From assembly GCA_028534125.1 (NCBI GenBank), contig CM052818.1, positions 34,350,001 to 34,410,000 on the forward strand: a DNA stretch of 60,000 bases, given 5' to 3'. This document shows positions 29,330 to 44,022 of this stretch, piece by piece. The stretch is from Lama glama (Eukaryota). Numbering within the stretch: the first letter of the stretch is position 1; the number at the start of each line of letters is the position of its first letter. The position numbers and the translations under genes were made by a program. The notes beneath the pieces were generated by a model. It worked only from the letters and a program-made list of their open reading frames with translations. It was not told where the DNA came from and ran no database searches.

Positions 29330-29368
29330 AGAGAGAGAGGGAGAAAAAGAGAGAGAGAGAGAGAGAGA
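29330..29368 (+). repeat. Imperfect (AG)n microsatellite
   Basis: AG run with one interruption. Confidence 0.9.
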
Positions 29369-31249
29369 AAGCAAGCTGGAATGATTTGTCCTGGAGAGAA
29401 AGAACCCAGTTTCTAGCTCCCAGGCCAGGTTTCTGCCTTGTACTCCCCACATGCACGTGCCCCCCACCAGCCCCCACGAAGGGGTCCTGGTGTGTCGCTG
29501 GAAGAGGCAAGAGTGGAAAGCAGGAGTGGTAAGGAGCCAGCTTTGGTGAAGGGGGAGGGTAGGAGGTTGGCCCCAGAGTGATAAGGATCCCAGGACCAGA
29601 GCTGTTGGCTCGAGGTCGCAGCTGAGCCCAGCTCTGGAAATGGGAAAGTGAAGGCGTGATTGCTGCCATTCTGGGGTGGGGCAGGTCTCTGGGAGCCACC
29701 TAGGAGCTGCCTGGGCACGGGCAGTTTCTGGACAACAAGGAAGTGTGGACAGACTGGGAGGCAGCCGCATCAGCTGGGCTGGTGACTGCTCTCTCGACTG
29801 CCACAAAAGGCATTCGTCAGGCCCTCTCTGAGGACCAGAGGCTAACAGAGGGGTCAAGAGGGGGCCCCAGGCAAGCAGAACAGGCTGACTGGCAGCCTGC
29901 TTTCTTCTCTAAGAGACTGGCGGTGGGAGGAGGGGAGGGGAGGACAACACGGAGGGAGGGGTCAGTAAACAGGGCTCCCTTCTTCTCCAATCAGAATTGT
30001 AGTTTCCACACTGTGAAATGAGAGAGTTGGAGCTACCATTCTGGTTTCTCTTTGGGTTGAATGCTCTATCCATTGTCCTGAGGATGTGGCATCCTGTAGC
30101 TGAGGTCACAGCTGAGTGCCCTGAGTGACCCTGGTACCCACCCCTCATCGTTAGTGACATTCATATAGAAGGGACTGCAGAGGCTTTGTAGGGGGACTGC
30201 ACGACTCCTTGAAAAGATACTTCCTACAGCCCTGGGTGTAAGCCCTGTTACTGTCATATTTGTAGGATCCTGGGCCAATTTGGAACCTCTCTGAGCTTCC
30301 GTTTTCGTGACCATAACAGGATGATAATGCCTGCCATCCCAGGGCAGTCGTGGGAATGCAGGCAGTGAGAAGTGCCCCTGACAGTGCCTGACGTGTCACA
30401 GACACATGTCAGTTCCCTGCATCCAAGGTGGGGGTGGAGCGTGAGGGGGTGCCCATCCTGAGTCTCTGCCGAGGTTTGCCTAAACTCATCATGATCTCAG
30501 TCAGAGCTGGGTCTCTTTCCTTGCTGCTGGCTGATGACAGGAAAGTCATTTTTACTTTTTTTTTAAATTACAAAATCAACTCACAGATTTACCGGTTGTG
30601 CTGCCAGCTGAAAGCTGTTTATAGTGGTGATTTGCACTACATTCATCTGTGCTTGTTTATATTTTCTTTGAAAATACTTATTGTGTTTGTCCTGTCCCCA
30701 CTATGGCCAGGCATGTGCTTTCTATTTCTGTCCTATTCTTGCTCCCACTCCCTCCATGTCTCGAGCCCCCAGTCATGATATGTGGGAACTGGACATACAG
30801 GCAAGAGGCATGGCAGCCAAAAGGACCTCTGATCAAATACATCCACTTTGTAGGTGAAGAAACTGATGGTCATAGAGGACCAGCAACTGAGCTAAATGGA
30901 ACTGGAACTTTTGCCTCCTTGCCCCAATCCAGGATGGGTTCTCCTAGTGCACTTCACTCTCCCTGACTGGCTTTCTGCAGGGCTGGCCTGCTCAGAGGAG
31001 AGAGCCTTGTCCCTGAACCTAGATGTCAGGCAGACTCCAGGCATGAGCGGGGATCTGGGAAGCCTGGGATGGAGGAGTGGGATTAGAAGGGTAAAGAGAA
31101 GGGTGTGGCAGCCTCTGGTCCCTAGCCCCTCTGTCCCCACCTATTAGGAAGGAGTAGAGGTGCTGTGGTCATAATAATCCTGGGGAAACAGAGCAGTTCC
31201 CTTCTGTAGGGAAAGTGATAATACATGAGCAATAATATTAATAACATTT

Positions 31250-31500
31250 ATAACTGCAGATACTGTTTATTAAACACGTACTCCGTACCAGGCACTTTCT
31301 TTACATCATCCTGTTCAGTCCTAGGAGAAAGATATTACCATCCCCATTTTCTAAATGACAAAACAAGCTCAGAGAGACTAAGTAACTTGTCCAAGATCAC
31401 ACAGCTAGTAGCAGGGGGTGAGGATGGCAGGTGGAGACAGGGTTTGAGAGATGAACCCAGGTACCCAGGCTTCCAAGCTAGCACCCGCGTTCCTACACCA
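31250..31500 (-). mobile_element. MIR SINE
   Basis: gctcagagagactaagtaacttgtccaagatcacacagctagta. Confidence 0.8.
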
Positions 31501-32329
31501 CCCTCAGAAAAGGCTGTGTGGTCGAATCAGAGGGGTGGTCTGTGAACAGGGAGGAAGGAAATGCTGACTGAGAGTGGGCAGTGGGACTATTCCAGGCTGA
31601 GCTGCCTCTCCGCTGACCCAGGAAGTCAAGAGAGGACTGGGAACAGTCAAGTGATAACAGACAGAGGCCCTGGTGCTAAGGGAGATGGGAGGTCATGAGG
31701 GGAAATAGACTGGGGTGATGGAGAGATCTCTAGTCTGGGTCCCCAAAGGGTTGTACCTATGACTTGCTGTGTGAATTTGAGCAGCCACTCACCTCTCTGG
31801 GTGTTTGTATGAGACTAATGTCTCCTCTCACTCTTTGAGGACTCTCGGATTTGGGGTTGGGGGTGGTAGGTCACCTCTATCCTTTCCAACTTCTTGGAAA
31901 GATGTAAAAAGTACAAGTTCCCTCTTGAGCCACCTGGTTGAATTCACAATCTAAGGACTCCCAGGCCATATGATGGGTGATGGGAGCCTGCACTGCTGAG
32001 AACAGGCTGGAAGCTGAGGAGAAAGCAGAACAGAAGGTTTTCTGCCCCAGCTCCCACAGTTAATCAATTACCTGGTCTCTTGTTGCCTTAGAGCCACAAG
32101 GATTCCAGAGACCTGCGGTGGGAGAATGGGCACCTGTGAGCCGGCGGCAGTCTCTGAAAGGACCTGGTGCTGGGTGCAGCTGTGGCACTTGGTCTGGGTA
32201 GGTCGGGGCCAGGGTGCGGGAGAGCTGCAGGCTGGCCGTGGTGTGCTGGAGCAAGAGGCCGTCTCCTGGGGAGGGCTTTGCCGGGGGAAGAGATAAGCCT
32301 TGGCTACTTGGCATCCCCAAGATACAGAG

Positions 32330-32600
32330 GTCTGGGCTGGGCTCTGGAAGTGGAGAAAGAACTGGCAAAAAAATCTAGGGCATGGGATTCAGAGAGGCTC
32401 CATTGAATCCATACTTTCAAGTCACAAGGCCATGGTGAGTCATTTACACTCAGAGCCTTAGGTTCCTCTGCTGAAAAATGGAGATAATAATGCCCATCTT
32501 GAAGGGTTGATGAGAGAGTTGAATGAGGGAATACAAATGAAGTGTCTCGTATACAGCCTGCCAAAGAGTAGTTAATAAATGGTGGCTGCTCTTATTATTG
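32330..32600 (+). mobile_element. MIR SINE
   Basis: ctcagagccttaggttcctc...aaaatggagataataat...taataaatgg. Confidence 0.7.
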
Positions 32601-33879
32601 TTGCTGTTGCTGCTGTTAATAATACTACTACTAATAATAATAAATAAAGGGCAGCTTGCCCAAGGAAGGAATGGGGGCCTGGGAGTCAGGTTTTGCTACC
32701 CTTTGACTGTGTGATTCCCTTCACCTCTTTGGTTCCTTCTGGGTAAGAGGAGGGGGTGGCACCAGCTGATTTCAAGGTCCCTTCCTGCTCTGACAGCCTC
32801 TGGGCTATGAATAGATGGGGCTGGGGCCCCGGAGGAGTTTAATGACTCAACAGCCAGTGAGGTTAAGCTTTCCCAGAAAAGAGTTTCCGTTCTCATTTGA
32901 TGAACTTAGGGCTCAACAAAGGAAGGGTTTCCTGACTACCAGACCAGGGATGAGGGAGCTGGAGGAATCCCTGCCGTCAGTGGTGACTGTGACTAACCAG
33001 GTGAATGACTAACTCAGACCCCACTGACCCTCAACCAATCAGGGCTGCCCACAAGTGCCCTGCAAGCTGGCATCACTGAGTCTTGGCCATGCCAATCCCA
33101 GCTGTCTCTGGGCTTCACAGCATATGGAGGCAGAGGAAGCAGCCAAGAAACTGGCAGGGGAAGAAACACTGGGCTTGGAGTCAGAAGTCCCAGCTTCTTG
33201 CTCTAACTCCGCTGCTCACCAGCTGTGTGACTTTGGGGAAGTCCCTTCCACTTCCTGAACCTCCATGTCTTTATCTGCAATGGAGCTAGCAGTACCTGCC
33301 CTGGCAACTTCCCTGAGCTATGAAGGCTGAGACTCAAAAAGAGATAAGATGAAAGTGCATTGTGATCACTCAGACATTGAATGAATGGGAAGTTCTGTCA
33401 TTATTCTGTCCTAAAGGGACTTCTGGTGCCTCAGGAGACCCATGATGGACAGAGACTGTTGCTTTTGGGTTTTGGGTCGAGATCAGTCTAATAAAGGGCC
33501 TCTTCCAGCTGTCTGATCACAGCTGGACCAGAGCCTAGTGGACAGCTTCTAGCTAGGGGGCATAGCCAGAGTGAGAGGTGACGAAAGTCCAGGGGTGGTC
33601 GGGTAGGGCAGAGAGTGGGCAGTGCCAGTCTGGGGCCCCCACAGAACTAGGGTGGTGCTTTGATTCTGTCTTTCCACTTGCCTAGCACCTTATAAATAAA
33701 TAATCACCAGAACCACACTCTGTCTGTCTCTGCTCCCAGCTTTTAGCGTCTCTCTTGGTGAGGACTACAAACACTTTGGGAAACGGCAGGGATGGAGGGG
33801 AAGGACGATGCCCTCTCATTCCTGCACACCTTAAACCCATCCATAGCATTCTCTGAGTGCTCATGTACCACTGGGTACT

Positions 33880-34500
33880 GTGCCAGCACTGGGAGCACAG
33901 AGATGGGAACCACAGGGTCCTGCCCACATGAGGGCTAATTACACTCCCTGTAGTTAAAGAGACAAAATACACCCCCTGAAATGTAAATAGCTAAACAGCC
34001 TACACTGTGTCACCCAGGTCGTCCTGACAGTAAGTCCTGCAACTGTCGAGAGCAGTGGCCTAGGATGGTCTGGAAGACTTCGAGGAGGAGTTAAGATTTG
34101 AACTGGACTTGGAAAGTTAACTTAGACAAGATAAATAGAAGACAGAGAAAAAGGTATGCCAGACAGGCACACTTAAGGTGTTCTCAGCGGCAGTGGAGGA
34201 ATCATATCAGTAAGAAATGAGAAATGAAGTCAGACACAAAGATGGAAGCCAGCAGAGAGCCATTAAGGACTTCTGAGAGGGGTACTGGTATGGTAAGAGC
34301 TATACCTTGGGGAAACTCTTTCTGGCAACATTAGCCTGGGGAGCTTGCCCTGAGTGGAAGTATGGCTGGAAGTAAGGAGATCAGTTGGGAAGTTACTGTG
34401 GAGCTGGGGACCATGGGGCTGAGAAATATAGGGGTACATAACCAGGGGTGTGATGTGTGGGAAGAGGGAGAGGGAAGGTCTAAGGATGTTCAGTGCTTCA
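33880..34500 (-). mobile_element. L2 fragment
   Basis: ggaagacttcgaggaggagttaagatttgaactggacttggaa and ggagatcagttgggaagttactgt. Confidence 0.55.
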
Positions 34501-35484
34501 GAAACACTGCCAGGTGGTAGGGAGGTAGGAGATGGAAGGAAACCCCGGACAAAACCCAGTCTGGTCCTTCCCAAGAAAGCAGGCTCCTCTTTGAGCAGAC
34601 CTGAGCCTGACCATCCTGCCCTAAACCCACAGTCAGTAGGACCCAGAGGTGCCTCCACTTGGGCCGCATCCACTCCTGGGGCCCTTTCCTTCATCTTCTA
34701 GAAACCATATAGCATAGCTCCCCATGGCCCCCAGAGAACATCGGGACCTTGGGACGGATCCCTGCAGTGGATAGACTGCAGGGATAGTGTCCAATACTGT
34801 ATTTTACCCCCTCAACTCCTGTTGCCTCTCAGGAAAACACTGTCATCTTGCCATGGGCTATGCCAAATGGCAGTGAGCCCCTGGGAACTCAGCCAAGGCT
34901 AGGAGGGGGACCGGGGAGAGGAGAAGGAATGGGAAAGATGGAGGAAACAGCTCCTGGAGGCATCCCAATGGGCTTCAGGGGAAGGTGGGCTGGGAGTATG
35001 TCAGGACTGGGAGAAGCCCTTGAGATCATTTCACCTCATTGTCAGAGGTGAGCTTAAGACCCAGGCAGCAGAAGGGACTTGCCCATGGTCATACCGAGGG
35101 AGAGGTGATGATGCTGGGCTGGAATCATGGGGTTTGGGGAGTGTGTAAGGTGTTTATTCCTCTTTGGACACTTTTGAACAGCACATCAAATGACTCACTA
35201 GGGATTCTTTCCTTGATATCCATTTGTATGTTTTGTGTGTGTGCTCGTGTGTCCTGTGTGTGCACCTGTGCCTATGTTGTGAGGGAGTCTGGGTATGTAG
35301 GTGGCCTCTTACACGGTGGCCTGCCCTGGTTTGAAGAACTGGGGCCATTCCTGTGAGGTGACTGTTTTCCTGGGACAGCAGTAAAGAAGGCAGACAGGGC
35401 TGGATCTGGCTTCCAGTACCAGCTCTGCTGCCCTAGGAAAATTAAAGGCACTAGCTGGCAGAGCCCAAACTCCTGAAGCTGGGT

Positions 35485-35508
35485 ACACACACACACACAC
35501 ACACACAC
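35485..35508 (+). repeat. (AC)12 microsatellite
   Basis: Perfect dinucleotide run. Confidence 0.95.
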
Positions 35509-35841
35509 AGAAATACACACCGCTCACCACCAAGCGGTACTCATAGCCACTGTTACTGGGTGTTTCAGGCACCCAGAGTGATCCGGTGTGCCTTAGAGTG
35601 CCGAGTACCTGCATCCACACGTCTCCCTGGAGCCCCAGCCGGTGTAGACACGCTGGGGTGCGGGAGCCCATTTGCAGGGACACGGAGGAGTCCAGCGCTC
35701 CCCACTACTTACACACGGCGCCCTGCTCCAGGGCCTGGCCCGGCCACACCCCTCCTCCCCAGCCTCCGCCGGTCGTTCCTGCCCCTCTCACACACTTAAG
35801 AGTCCCCTGGGGCCCTCTCGAAGCCTGGCAGGGACAAGTTA

Positions 35842-37050
<1,209 letters not shown>

Positions 37051-38099
37051 CGAAGTCCTCCCACCCCTCAGTCCTCCTCCCCTATCCGTCCACTAAAATC
37101 ACAACACGCTATAGCTGGAAGGGACTTCAGGTCTTGCTGTTCTGCCTTGTACTATGTGGATGAGGAAACTGAGGCACGGAGAGGTCAAGTGATGTGCAAG
37201 GGTACACAGTGGGTTACTGTCAGCACTCAGATCTGTCAAGCTTCCCCTCCTCCCAGGCCACATGCCCTTCCCTGTGCCAGGCTGCTGGCTGTCTTAGAAA
37301 CAGGAAGGCACAGCTGTGAACCTGGGAACACATGGGCCAATACCCAAGGGAAAGCCCTGGTCTTGTGAAATGTGTCTCTTCTCAGGTCAGTACAGCTCCT
37401 GGAGCTGGTTGAGGAGCCTAGGCCAGGAGCACCCAGTCCCAGGGTCCCCTGCTCTGCTCCTCAGAGGCCATCAGGCTGTCTTGACCTCTATGGCCTCTCC
37501 CCTGCACCAGCTGGCCAGGCTGGGCTTGGGCTGGGCTGCCAGGGACAGCCATGGACATCACCATGGAGCATCCCAACAGAACCTAGCTGAAAAAGGGGAA
37601 GTGGAGGGCCCAGATCAGGAGGCTCACTGACAGACTGGAGGAGCCGGGAGACCTCTCATGCCTCAGTTTCCTCATTTGTCAACATGGTGTGGTGGTGGTG
37701 AGGAGGGCAGCCTGTGGGGTCGCAGGCGAGGCGTCCCTGCCCCTCTCAGAGTCTTGCTTCCTTATCTCTTCAATGAAGTGCCATGGCAGATGATTCCACA
37801 GGCCTTGCTTAGCTCCAAACAGCTCCAGACTTGGATGGGCTGAGTGAGCAGAATGATTGGAATGCAAATCCCACTGCCAAGGAGGGTCAAAAAGTCTTTC
37901 ACAGGACCCTGGCATGGGCCACGAGGAGAGACATGGGAGAGGCCCCAAGGCCCCGGACAGAGGAGGATAGGCTTAGAAGGCAGCCAGCCAGAAGCAGGAG
38001 CACAGTCTGCGCACATTCTAGGCTGACCTGTCACTGCCTGATACTAGACTGCTTTTCCCAGCAGTGCCACCAACCCATTCCTGCCTTCCACCATTCATT

Positions 38100-38310
38100 C
38101 AACAAGTACGAATCAAGCATCTGCTGTGTGTCAGGCAAGGCATATTACATTCATTATCTCTAGTCCTTATCACAGTCCCGAAAGGAAGGAATGGTTATGT
38201 CCATTTTATAGATGAGGAAACTGAGGCTAAAAGGCAGTGCAGTGAATCCCCCAAGGATGTTCAGCTGGGAAGAGACAGACTACCTCCTAAGCCTATGCTC
38301 TTCTTTATGA
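38100..38310 (-). mobile_element. MIR SINE (many further MIR fragments occur across the window)
   Basis: ccattttatagatgaggaaactgaggct. Similar cores near 1290, 3500, 4330, 7220, 7970, 10660, 16900, 27490, 33230, 37160, 38990, 42390, 47930, 57960, 58870 and 59890. Confidence 0.8.
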
Positions 38311-41300
38311 TGACTCCTTGAACATCCTTTTTTTTTCACTGTAAATGGGATAGTTAATTATACTGGCTCTTGAACAGAGTGTTGTAAGAGATCAAAGGGA
38401 ATGGCATGCATGTAAATCAGACACTACAAGGTTCTATAACGACTTCTTCTACCCTAGAACTCAGGTCTCCGACCAGATTGGCACTGACTGGTGGTGCTTT
38501 GCCCCCGCCCCCTCTCACTATAAGATGTTTTGATTGTGTCAGATGCCTTGATCTGCCACAAACTTTCTGGTCCTGCCCTTCTGGCCATACACTCAGCCTA
38601 TTGCAAGCTTTCCCTCTTGGCATCTTCTGGCTTTTTGGCAGAAAAGTGCTGCCTTTCCTGACTTCCCAGGGGTGGGGGAACAAGTTAGATCCCGTGTTCC
38701 TGGACACAGACACCTTAAAAGCCAGTTCCCCAAAGCCAATCTAGAGGAGCAAGTGGTTCACTAGGCCTGGTTTTCAGTGTAAAAGGCTGTGTGTACAGGT
38801 CTGTTCATCTCTGGCTGCCAGACCAAACTGCTGTGCAGATGAAAGGTGATATTATGAGTGAAAGAGCTTTGGAAAAAGGAAAAAGCTCTTGTTAGGGGCA
38901 GGGCATTTATTATTAATTATGATGAAGCTTGTTTGTATTTCAGAACTGGAAAGACCTTTAGAGATCATCTGGCCCAACCCTGTCATGTTACAGATGAGGA
39001 AACTGAGGCCCGGAAAGTAGGAAGTGTGTTTCCCAAGGTCACACAGTGAATGAGGCAGGGCCAGGACTCATGTGCCATGGCTGGGGTCTTTCCTGTTGTT
39101 CCCTGTTATGCATGGGATCAGGATACTCACCAGTGGGGTCTCCTCCTCCTGCCCCTCTTCACTCCCTTCTCTTAAGGAGGGGGGACTGGTGGGGGAATTG
39201 TGCAGGTACCAGTCAAGATTTCTGAGTAACCCCGGGGACCTGTGGGCAGAGGTCCCATGAGCTCGCCCTTGGCCTGGGTGGGATTATGACAAAGACGTTG
39301 AAGCCTATCCCACTCCCTTCCATCCAGGACTCTGAGGACCTGCCTGTACCTCCCAGCCCCCTGATGGGGATGCCCCATCCTCTGCCCAAGGCCAAGTGTC
39401 AGAAAGCACCTGTCTTTTATAGATGATAAAAACTGCTCAGCTGTGGCTTCTCCATGTTCTTATATTTCTTCCAATCCATTGGTGACTTCTGTGGGGGAAG
39501 CTCTGGGTCAGAAAGAGATTTTTTTCCATCCTTCAAATTGTTATACCAATCAGCCTTCTGTGTGTTGGTTTTCTGAAATCCTGTCCAGTAGAGAACACAG
39601 GGTGGAGAATTGGAAGGCCTAGGCTGGGGTCTGGCTCTGCCACCTGCTTGCTGTTGGCCAGTCACTCCTCCAGGGGCCCTGGTTTGCACAGCCATAAATG
39701 GAGGGGTTTGGATCAGGGCATGTCTACTCCCTTCATTTATAACATCCCATGACCTTCCTGGCCTGCTTCTGCTTCCCTAGTTCTTCCAAGAATCAGGAGA
39801 AAAAAGGGTATAGTCACTGCTTTTAAGACTTTAGTTTGTGAGGAAAAGGACACAGTCAGAGTTAGGATAAATGGTACAAAATTCAATTATCATGAGTTGC
39901 TGCATATTATTATGCACTAAACATTATACACATTATTTTCCAGTTGTATATTCTACTCCATTCCCCTCTAAGCTCTAGGCACATCCAAGTACTTTTATGT
40001 TTCACTCCTGGCTCCCATGGCTCCCATAAGCTGTGATGTTGGTACCTCCTTGCCTCCTTTGTTTTCTATTTAGTGATCTCCTATTCAGGCTTCAAGACCC
40101 AACTGAAAGGCCACACTCTCAATGAAGCATTTCCCAATTGCCTCCAATCAGAACCACTGGCTCCTTTGTGCTTCCACAGCAACCTGTCTAAACGCCAGTT
40201 TAGTAGGCATTGCTTCTGCCTTGTAGATTAGTCAACTCTTTTAATATTTATCTTCTTCACTGGCTCATTATCTTCTCCAGGCGGAGACCCTTCTTACTCA
40301 CATTACACCTCCCACAGTGGGGACACCCACTTTGCACATCAGTGTGCAGTGAAGGCTTCAAAGCATCCTCACCTTCTGGGTTACAGATCAGCAGTGTCAG
40401 TGGGGCGAGGGGCACAGATGGCAGAGACTGGGGCAGAAAAACCCCGGGCAATCTGCTTCTGTGACTCTTCACAGACAGTTACTTCTAAGGCTGGAGAAGT
40501 GCCGCATGTTTTAAAGGAAGAGGATAAAGACAAATGTGAGTGTTCAGAGGCCTGAGGAAGCATGTGGGGAGGGCATTGAACTGGGAGTCCAGGTCCAGGA
40601 GCTTGGTCCCAGCGCTGCCACCGACTACCAACTAGCTGGCAGGCTTGAGAGAATCACGTTGCCTCTCAGTGCCTCAATTTCCTTTCCCACAGGATGAAAG
40701 GATCGACTATCTTGAAAAGTCTCTTCCCTGCTCTGATGTTCTGTGATGTTAATGACAGAAGGAGCAATGTTCTGTTGATGTTAATGGCTGTGTGAGCAGT
40801 GCTCATTCTATGATGGCCAAGAATGCTGTCTGAAAGATGAGGGGCCCAGAGCCCTCTCTGTCCATTACTATCCAGCCCCCTTTTATTGGCCAGTTTGACT
40901 GGAGGATGAAGGCAGGGGGCGGTGGGGTAGGGAGAGAAGGAGCTGACTCCCCAGTCAGACAAACGCAGATTCAAATCCTGACTAGCAGTTACTAGCAGGA
41001 CCAGGGCCTCCCATGAAATTCTGGGCCAGACCATAAGCTCCTGCAGGGCGGGGATAGGGCCTTCCTCACCTCCGTGCCCCACAGGCCTTGGTGGAGACCT
41101 GGCACAGAAGTCACTCTGGAAACACTCCTCCATCTGTTCCAGTAGACCTGGCTGGGCCAGGTGGGTTGGCAGGGCCTGGGGCCATGGTTCACCGCAGAAA
41201 GGAACGTCCAAGGCTATCTCAGCATCAAGCCAGGGACTGGCCTGAGAAGGGGGAAGGGCCCTGTGCACCAGGAGTTGCCTCAGAAAGAGAGCAGAGAGCC

Positions 41301-42194
41301 GCCCCAGGGATCCTGGCCTCTGAGGGCAGGTTGATGGGGTGCAGGGTGCTTAGGCTATGACGGAGGGGTTTCTTGGTGTATCTCTGCAGGGAGGGACATG
41401 GAGAATTAGTCTGGATTTACAGAGCATAACCAGTCCCAGTGCAGCCGGCTTGCATTTGTCAAGAGACACTATTTGTTTAACATCTCAAGCCCAAACCAAA
41501 CACAAAAGGCAGCTGTTCACAAAAGAGAGGTGCTGGGAACTGTTGGAAGGAGAGTGCCGCCCTAGGAGGCAGACACCTGGCTCTGTTCTCAGTCCTGCCT
41601 GGGATGGGTTGAATGTCCAGCTCAGGACACAGGGTCTTCTGCTTGTGAGAGTGAGGACCAACCGATCTCCATGGAGCTGCTGTCGGAGATAGGCTTGCTT
41701 CATTTGTTAGCAGAAAGCCTTAGTCCAAAGTCTGCACCTACCACATTGGATGGATCCCTTCCTCTAAGACGGCCTGTTTGGTGGCCTCCCTCTCTGACTC
41801 TGAGTACCACACTGAGATGAGCAGCCTCCTGTGTGTGTCTTTAAGGACCTGCAGGGAGTTCCCACTGGGACGCATTCCCAGAAGTGTCATGGTGCTTATG
41901 CCCACTGCATGGCACTAAACGCTGCCGGGCTGTCCTCAGTGTGGCTCTCTTGGTTTTCACTCTCCCTAGCAGTGCCTGAGATTGCCCACTTGGTCCTCAC
42001 TGACACTGGTGTGATTCACTTTTCTGTTTTTGCCACTTGTATGTTTTGCTCTTTTCTGCTAATTTCCCCCTCTTTCTCCCTTCTCTTCCCCTTTTCACAT
42101 CTTCCCCTCCACTATGTTACTGGGGTCTCAGGCAGGCCAGCAAGTGATAGGAGAGTAAGATCTGGGAGAAAACCAGCCACTGGTCTCCAGCCTG

Positions 42195-42226
42195 GTGTGT
42201 GTGTGTGTGTGTGCACGTGTGTGTGT
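42195..42226 (+). repeat. Interrupted (GT)n microsatellite
   Basis: (GT)9 gcac (GT)5. Confidence 0.9.
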
Positions 42227-42999
42227 AGGAAGCAGCAAGCCTGAGACTTTCAGCTTCAGTCTTGGTCTCCTCTTCTCTCCTTCGTCTATCTACCAGCCCT
42301 TGTCATTCTCCCCTCCACTCACATTCTCCTTTGTGTTTGGCCAAGGCTCACAGAATAATTAAAGCTAGAGGAAATCTTAGACCCAACAGTGCTAATGAGG
42401 AAACTGAGGCCTGGCAAGGGGGGTCAGACCTCCAAGCCTCACAACTTCCCAGGCCAGAGCTGGGGCTGGAGCCCAGCTACTCTGCCTGACCTCCAAACCT
42501 TTAGCTGCAAGGTAAGTGCACTAAATGCTCCCCCTTCACATTGCTGGAATTAAGTCCCTTAAGCCTGTCCTCGGCAGAGATTCTGAAGCGGCCATGACCT
42601 GTATTCTCTGTCAAACGTGTTGCTGCTAAGGAAAAAAGTGAGCCTGGAGATCTAGTCAACAGCCTCACAAATCTTGAAATCCTTCATTGCAGGTTTATGG
42701 CTTCTGAGAAGCCAGCGGAGGCAGCCTGTTCTCAGCCCCGAATGCAATAATTACAATAGCACTCGCAATGATTAATCAGCCAGTGAGTATTGAGTGGCGC
42801 CTGTGAGCATGCATGGCATTGTCTATGTGTGTCCATCTGGGTCGGGGAGAGGACAAGAGAGGTGGATTTATTCCCAACAAGCAGGTTTTAGGTGTCCTTC
42901 CCTCAGTGGAGGGGCTGGGTCGCCACCGTGGCACTCCTTGGATAGAGTCCTGATCGGCTCGGCACTGCAGCTCTTTCTGCTGGGGAGGAGTCCTGTCCC

Positions 43000-43380
43000 C
43001 TGTGGTTCCAATTGCTGGGCTCCGGACCATACTGGGAGAGAGGAATTGATGAAGAGAAGCAGGTTCCAGGCTGTCAACCAGATTAACGGGGGGCCTCACC
43101 GGTGTGATGTCCATGGCACAGTCAAGGAACTTGGGGTATTCAGTCTGGAGAAAAGATGCAGAGGACGTGTGAGCTGTCACACGGAGGAGGGGTTAGCTTT
43201 GCTCTGGGTGGCCTAGGAGGGGCCCGTGATCTGTGAGGAAGTGCTTCAGTTGAAAGAGCTTTCAGCTCAAAATAGATGGAACATTCTCCATGGCTCTGCA
43301 GAAGGAATGAACTGCCCAGGACGAAATAAGCTCCTGGTCAGTGAAGGAGTGAAAGCACAGCCTGATTGATCCCCTGGTTC
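43000..43380 (+). mobile_element. L3/CR1 LINE fossil (ORF2 C-terminus and 3' region)
   Basis: Peptide VKELGVFSLEKRCRG resembles the CR1 ORF2 motif LRELGLFSLEKRRLRG. Confidence 0.7.
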
Positions 43381-43384
43381 AGGC

Positions 43385-44022
43385 TGTTTTGTTTTTTTAA
43401 ATCTTTTTTCCTTTCAATTTCATTGAGATATAATTGACATACAGCACCCTATAAGTTTAAGGTGTACAGCTTAATGATTTGACTCACATACATCATGAAA
43501 TTTTTACCTCTTAAGTTTAGTGAACATTCATCATTCCATATAGATACCAAAGAAAAGAAAAACAATTTTTTACCTTGTGATGAGAACTCGTAGGATTTAC
43601 TCTCTTAACAACTTTCATATGTAACAGACAACCGTGTTCATTATGTTTATCATGTTGTATATTGCATCCCTAGTACTTATTTATCTTACAACTGGGAGTT
43701 CATATCTTGTGACTGCCTTCATCCAGTCTCCCTCCACTCCCCTGCCTCTGGTGACCACAAATCTGATCTTTTTTTTTTCTATCAGTTTTTGTTTGCGAAG
43801 TATAATTGACCTATAACCCTATGTTAGTTCCTGGTGTACAATATGGTGATTTGATTTTTCTATGCATGACAAAATGATCACATGCTAAGTCTAGTTATTG
43901 TCTGTCACCATACAAAGATATTCTGTTATTATTGACTATGTTCCACACACTGTACATTTCATACCGGTGACTCATTTATTTCATAACTAGAAGTTTGCAC
44001 CTCTTCATCTCCCTCACCTACT
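43385..44022 (-). mobile_element. L1 3'UTR fragment
   Basis: T-rich tail followed by attgagatataattgacatacagcac...aaggtgtacag, typical of a reverse-oriented L1 3' end. Confidence 0.8.
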
